From contig JBMFLH010000057.1 of NCBI GenBank assembly GCA_049971295.1, positions 1 through 12,177 on the forward strand: 12,177 nucleotides of DNA, written 5' to 3'. Shown in pieces: positions 8,633 through 12,177 of this stretch. Within the stretch, counting starts at the first letter, position 1. Every line of letters starts with the position of its first letter. This DNA is from Candidatus Ratteibacteria bacterium. GTDB lineage: Bacteria; Ratteibacteria; UBA8468; B48-G9; DTJG01. The notes beneath the pieces were generated by a model. It was not told the DNA's origin and did no database searches. It was given only the letters and a program-made list of their open reading frames with translations. The position numbers and the translations under genes were made by a program.

Positions 8633-9532
8633 TCACCCTGTGCGTGAACGCAATTCAAGAAATTGATAAAGAAAATAGTCAACCGGCGTTTGCGTCACAG
8701 TTTTCGCGTAACTGATGCCTCTTTCTGAACATGCTCTTTGATAAAATGTTGTGAACTGATTAAAAACGCGTTGATACGCTGCACGAATGAATGCTGCATC
8801 CACAGTGATTCTTTCATTGGTTTCCATATCAATGAAATCCTTCAATCCTTCAAAAGGAAAATCCATTTCTGCTCTGTCAATAATATGAAAAACAATAACT
8901 TCATGATGTTTATGTCTGAAATGCGCGAGTCCTCTCATGACAGATTCCTGGTCATCAAAGAAATCAGACACCAGTATTATCAAACTTCTTCTTTTAATGT
9001 GGTTTGCTATTTTATGAAGAGTATCTCCAATATTTGTATCCTTGCCTGGCTTGAGATTTTCAATGATTTTAATAAGATAATGAAAATGGGCTTTCGTTGA
9101 AGATGGCTTAATGAAATTTTTGATGTCTGAATCAAATACCACCAGTCCGGTTGCATCCTTCTGTTTTGTCATCAAATAGCTCAGGCATCCCGCAAGGCAT
9201 CGGGCATAAGTAAATTTTGTCAGGGTGTCTGGTTTATAAGAATAATTCATGGAATTACTGGCATCAAGCAGAATATATGATTTCAGGTTGGTTTCTTCTC
9301 TGAATTCCCTGACATAAAGTCTGTCAGTTCTTCCGTACACTTTCCAGTCAAGATATTTCGGGTCATCGCCGTGCACATACTGGCGATGTTCAGCAAATTC
9401 AATACTTGCTCCTTTATGAATACTTTTATGCAGCCCTGATATAAAACCTTCAACAATGGTCTTTGCAACGAGGGACAGATTTCCAAATTTTGCAAGGATT
9501 TTTGGATCTAAAATTTTTGCAGAGTTATCCAT
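8633..9532 (-). CDS. DUF58 family protein with a VWA-like domain (predicted MoxR partner)
   Basis: 299 aa; DUF58 signature GLHKS..KGASIEFAEHRQYVHGDDPKYLDWKVYGRTDRLYVREFREETN; MIDAS LLDASNSM, GKDTNIG, LVSDFFD; no TM or signal peptide; directly downstream of moxR. Confidence 0.95.
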   Translation of the reverse strand: MDNSAKILDPKILAKFGNLSLVAKTIVEGFISGLHKSIHKGASIEFAEHRQYVHGDDPKYLDWKVYGRTDRLYVREFREETNLKSYILLDASNSMNYSYKPDTLTKFTYARCLAGCLSYLMTKQKDATGLVVFDSDIKNFIKPSSTKAHFHYLIKIIENLKPGKDTNIGDTLHKIANHIKRRSLIILVSDFFDDQESVMRGLAHFRHKHHEVIVFHIIDRAEMDFPFEGLKDFIDMETNERITVDAAFIRAAYQRVFNQFTTFYQRACSERGISYAKTVTQTPVDYFLYQFLELRSRTG

Positions 9533-9566
9533 CGGATTATTTAACAGGAAAACCGACTAAAAATTC

Positions 9567-10556
9567 TCATGTTGATTCTGGAATTTCTTCAAGGAGTTTC
9601 GTTACGATTTTTTCTGAATCAACACCATCAGCGTCAGCAGTAAAATTTGTGAATATCCTGTGTCTCAAGACGCTGCTGGCAACATACTTAATATCCTGAA
9701 TGGAAACATTAACATCTCCGCGAAGCCCGGCTCTTGTTTTTGCTGCAAGAATCAGATATTGTGTTGCCCTTGGTCCTGCTCCCCAGTTTACATAATTTTT
9801 TACAAAATCCGGGCATTTTCCATTATTTGGCCTGGTGTTTCTTACAAGGTTCACAGCGTACCCGACCACAAAATCCGAAACAGGAATGTCGTGAATGAGT
9901 TGCTGAAAATGAATGATTTTTTCACCATTGAGCACAGGGGAGATTTCAGGTAAATTCTGAAATATATGATGTTCTGCGATCTTTTTTTCGTCTTCAATAT
10001 CAGGATAATCCAGGTAAATACTGAGCATGAACCTATCCAGTTGTGCCTCAGGTAAAGGGTATGTTCCTTCGAGTTCTATTGGATTCTGGGTTGCCAACAC
10101 AAGAAATGGTATGTCCAGTGGATATGTCCTTCCTCCAACTGTGACCTGGTATTCCTGCATTGCTTCAAGTAATGCTGCCTGAGTTTTTGGTGGAGCGCGG
10201 TTGATTTCATCCGCAAGCACCAGATTTGCAAAAACAGGGCCAGGAATAAATCTTAAAGTTCTCTGTCTTGATTCAAAATGTTCTTCAATAATATCAATTC
10301 CTGTGATATCAGATGGCATCAGGTCAGGTGTAAATTGAATTCTCTTAAATTTGAGATCCAGAATTTTTGAAAGAGTTCTTACCATGAGTGTTTTTGCAAG
10401 CCCTGGTACTCCAATAAGCAGACAGTGCCCGCCAGCAAAAAGCCCTATCAGAATTTTTTCAATGATGTCATCCTGTCCCACAATCACATGGTGCATTTCC
10501 TCTATAATTTTTCTTTTTGCCGTTTCAAGTTCTTTGAGCATTTCAATACTGTTCAT
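9567..10556 (-). CDS. moxR: MoxR-family AAA+ ATPase (MoxR Proper-type motifs)
   Basis: 329 aa; Walker A GVPGLAKT; RIQFTPDLMPSDITG; Walker B LVLADEINRAPPKTQAALLEAMQE; sensor I and Arg-finger region ATQNPIELEGTYPLPEAQLDRF; lid motifs GAGPRA and VLRHRI. Confidence 0.97.
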   Translation of the reverse strand: MNSIEMLKELETAKRKIIEEMHHVIVGQDDIIEKILIGLFAGGHCLLIGVPGLAKTLMVRTLSKILDLKFKRIQFTPDLMPSDITGIDIIEEHFESRQRTLRFIPGPVFANLVLADEINRAPPKTQAALLEAMQEYQVTVGGRTYPLDIPFLVLATQNPIELEGTYPLPEAQLDRFMLSIYLDYPDIEDEKKIAEHHIFQNLPEISPVLNGEKIIHFQQLIHDIPVSDFVVGYAVNLVRNTRPNNGKCPDFVKNYVNWGAGPRATQYLILAAKTRAGLRGDVNVSIQDIKYVASSVLRHRIFTNFTADADGVDSEKIVTKLLEEIPEST

Positions 10557-10564
10557 TTTGTTTT

Positions 10565-12001
10565 TTAATTAGTCATCAGGTAGGTAATAATGTTAACTCC
10601 AATCTCCTGTGCCTGCGTTGCTTCAATTTCTTTTGTATATGGTCTCGGGATACCTTCCCAGCCACTACCAATTCCATAAGGAGAAAAAATCACGACTGGA
10701 ATGCCCTTGAATGTATAAACCTCAAGAGGCGGATTGCTTTCAGGAAAAGTATAATGAAAATCTTCGATTTTGAACGGTACTTTATAAATTCTATGATTGG
10801 AATCCCATGTCACGCACTTCGCCTCAGGCAATACCTTTTTCATGAGAGACCTGAAGCCATCAGTAAATTCCTGACTTCCACAACATGCATCAGCAATAAG
10901 AGAGCCGCCTCCAAGCAAAAATTCCCTGAGTTTTTTTATTTCAGTTTCTGATAGATTCGGATTAAAGTGGCCCGTCATGTATAGGATTGGGGTGTCCTTC
11001 AGAGAATCCTTTTTCAGGTCAATCACGATTCTGTCAAGAAATACTGATGTTCCTGTCTGTTCACCTGTTTTTTTCAGCAGTTTTCCAATAGATGATGGAT
11101 GAGGGTCCCAATCTCCAGAATGCACAATCTGCCCGATATAAAGTCTGCCTTCCTTTTTCTTTGTTTTTTCAATATAAAGTGGTGTCATTCCGAATAGTTT
11201 TCCGTATTCAATCCAGCCAAGACAATATGTTAACATGTTCATTCCAATTTTAATTGCATCCTGTACCTGGTATCTTGCTCCCCAGGGATGAGTATGTAAA
11301 GCCCAGCCGCAACCCAGGTCATATGGCGAAAGTATTACTGCAGCACGACATCCAAGATTCAAAACCCTTAAATTGGGGTTGCCTGTAGATGCAACATTAT
11401 CTTTGAGTATATTTACTGAGCTAATATCTTCCAGACAATTCATCAGGGGATGATTTCCATAAACAGGATACATGTTTCTGTCAGGATAGAGTTTGTCCAC
11501 CCACTCAACCATTGCCTTCAAAAAATCGGGACTTCCTGAAGAGGCATTAATCCACAAAAAACCACCTTTCTCAAGAAAATCTTTAATTTTTGACATTGTG
11601 CTATCGTCAGGAACAAATGGTTCAACGCTGGTGATATAAAGAATTGGGATTTCATCAGGGTCAAACGAAAATTTTCTCAAATCAATTTTGATAGATTGAT
11701 AAGCAATACCCATTTTTTGACCGGCAAGCCGCAAAAGATTTTCAATGTCATTTTCTGCACGCGTCCAGCTTTCGTTTGTTCCACATATTACTTTTCCAAC
11801 AAGTACAGGTGGTGCAGGTGGATTTTTTCTCTCACTTCTTCTAAGTGGAGTTGCAGGCAGAGGTAGCGGCGGAAACGCTTCGCCTGACTTAATCCTTTGC
11901 GGCTCTTTTGCTGGCGGAGCCTTTCCACATTCCCATGCGGAACACGTGATAATGGATGCGCCAAATATTACTGTCAAAAGAATTACTTTTATCTTTTTCA
12001 T
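10565..12001 (-). CDS. Exported protein with two tandem DUF4159-like domains
   Basis: 478 aa; signal peptide MKKIKVILLTVIFGASIITCSA; Pro-rich segment; two homologous halves: PILYITS..KDFLEKGGFLWINASSGSPDF..HPL..VILSPYDLGCGW..AIKIGMNMLTY versus PILYMTGH..REFLLGGGSLIADACCGSQEF..HRI..VIFSPYGIGSGW..AQEIGVNIITY. DUF4159 proteins commonly flank moxR/DUF58. Confidence 0.88.
   Translation of the reverse strand: MKKIKVILLTVIFGASIITCSAWECGKAPPAKEPQRIKSGEAFPPLPLPATPLRRSERKNPPAPPVLVGKVICGTNESWTRAENDIENLLRLAGQKMGIAYQSIKIDLRKFSFDPDEIPILYITSVEPFVPDDSTMSKIKDFLEKGGFLWINASSGSPDFLKAMVEWVDKLYPDRNMYPVYGNHPLMNCLEDISSVNILKDNVASTGNPNLRVLNLGCRAAVILSPYDLGCGWALHTHPWGARYQVQDAIKIGMNMLTYCLGWIEYGKLFGMTPLYIEKTKKKEGRLYIGQIVHSGDWDPHPSSIGKLLKKTGEQTGTSVFLDRIVIDLKKDSLKDTPILYMTGHFNPNLSETEIKKLREFLLGGGSLIADACCGSQEFTDGFRSLMKKVLPEAKCVTWDSNHRIYKVPFKIEDFHYTFPESNPPLEVYTFKGIPVVIFSPYGIGSGWEGIPRPYTKEIEATQAQEIGVNIITYLMTN
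10568..11806 (-). repeat. Protein-level internal duplication of the DUF4159-like domain (aa ~66-262 and ~286-478)
   Basis: The same ordered series of motifs occurs twice in the translated protein; no obvious nucleotide-level identity. Confidence 0.85.
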
Positions 12002-12020
12002 TTTTCTGAAAATTTAGACG

Positions 12021-12060
12021 CTATATTTTTAATATAGTTTACAGCCACCAAAATTGTAAA
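12021..12060. promoter_or_regulatory. Two abutting inverted repeats in the presumed 5' leader (possible operators or leader hairpins)
   Basis: CTATATT-TTT-AATATAG (12021-12037) immediately followed by TTTACA-N11-TGTAAA (12038-12060). The dyads are directly visible; function is unproven and the DNA is AT-rich. Confidence 0.35.
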
Positions 12061-12113
12061 AGCTCACCGTATTCTATTATTTCCAAATTTTCCTTTTTTT
12101 GTTCTGACGTTTT

Positions 12114-12141
12114 ATAATAACCCCCCGAGAGATTTTGTCAA
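12114..12141 (-). promoter_or_regulatory. Putative sigma70-type promoter of the operon
   Basis: Minus strand reads TTGACA (12141-12136, perfect -35), a 16-nt spacer aaatctctcggggggt, then TATTAT (12119-12114, 5/6 match to TATAAT), about 110 nt upstream of the first ATG. Confidence 0.6.
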
Positions 12142-12177
12142 TACCCTGTACCAGTTGAATACATCGGTAGCAATTCA

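Noticed and set aside
2897..9495. Short alternative-frame minus-strand ORFs (2897..3127, 5478..5720, 6362..6607, 9283..9495)
   Set aside because: They are nested within intact genes, and nothing suggests frameshifting or a separate product.
8633..10556. Assignment as RavA/ViaA, CbbQ/CbbO, NorQ/NorD, a Mg-chelatase or a canonical Bacteroides batABCDE locus
   Set aside because: The motifs and the DUF58 neighbour fit MoxR Proper-type clusters. No client enzyme genes or BatC/D/E-like TPR genes are in the window.
1442..12017. Short plus-strand ORFs (61-120 aa)
   Set aside because: All are antisense shadows of long, motif-rich minus-strand genes and show no recognisable motifs.
12142..12177. Possible 3' end of an upstream minus-strand gene, or a weak TGAAT-N12-ATTCA dyad
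   Set aside because: The sequence is too short to support either.
1..12177. CRISPR array, tRNA/rRNA, IS/prophage or defence-system signatures, and a firm taxonomic call
   Set aside because: No spaced direct repeats, RNA-gene signatures, or transposase, integrase or nuclease motifs were seen. The gene set is reminiscent of PVC-group bacteria, but that cannot be established from this window.

Overview
The window is AT-rich bacterial DNA filled almost entirely by one tightly packed minus-strand operon of at least eight genes, transcribed from a sigma70-like promoter near the right edge. In transcription order: a secreted tandem DUF4159-like protein, a MoxR AAA+ ATPase, a DUF58/VWA protein, two paralogous membrane-anchored VWA + Ig-like + GATase-like proteins (the first with a BatA-type N-terminus), a 912-aa DUF4175-like membrane/Ig/coiled-coil protein, a secreted Ig + CBM4/9-like protein, and a secreted DUF2341-like + PA14-like protein that runs off the left edge and is missing from the ORF track. 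The MoxR-DUF58-BatA/VWA neighbourhood is a known but mechanistically uncharacterised cluster type. Here the predicted topology suggests a trans-membrane machine: a cytoplasmic ATPase and adaptor, extracytoplasmic MIDAS and GATase-like domains, and attached putative glycan-binding modules. No RNA genes, mobile elements, CRISPR arrays or terminators were seen. All domain calls come from motif recognition by eye, not from database searches.
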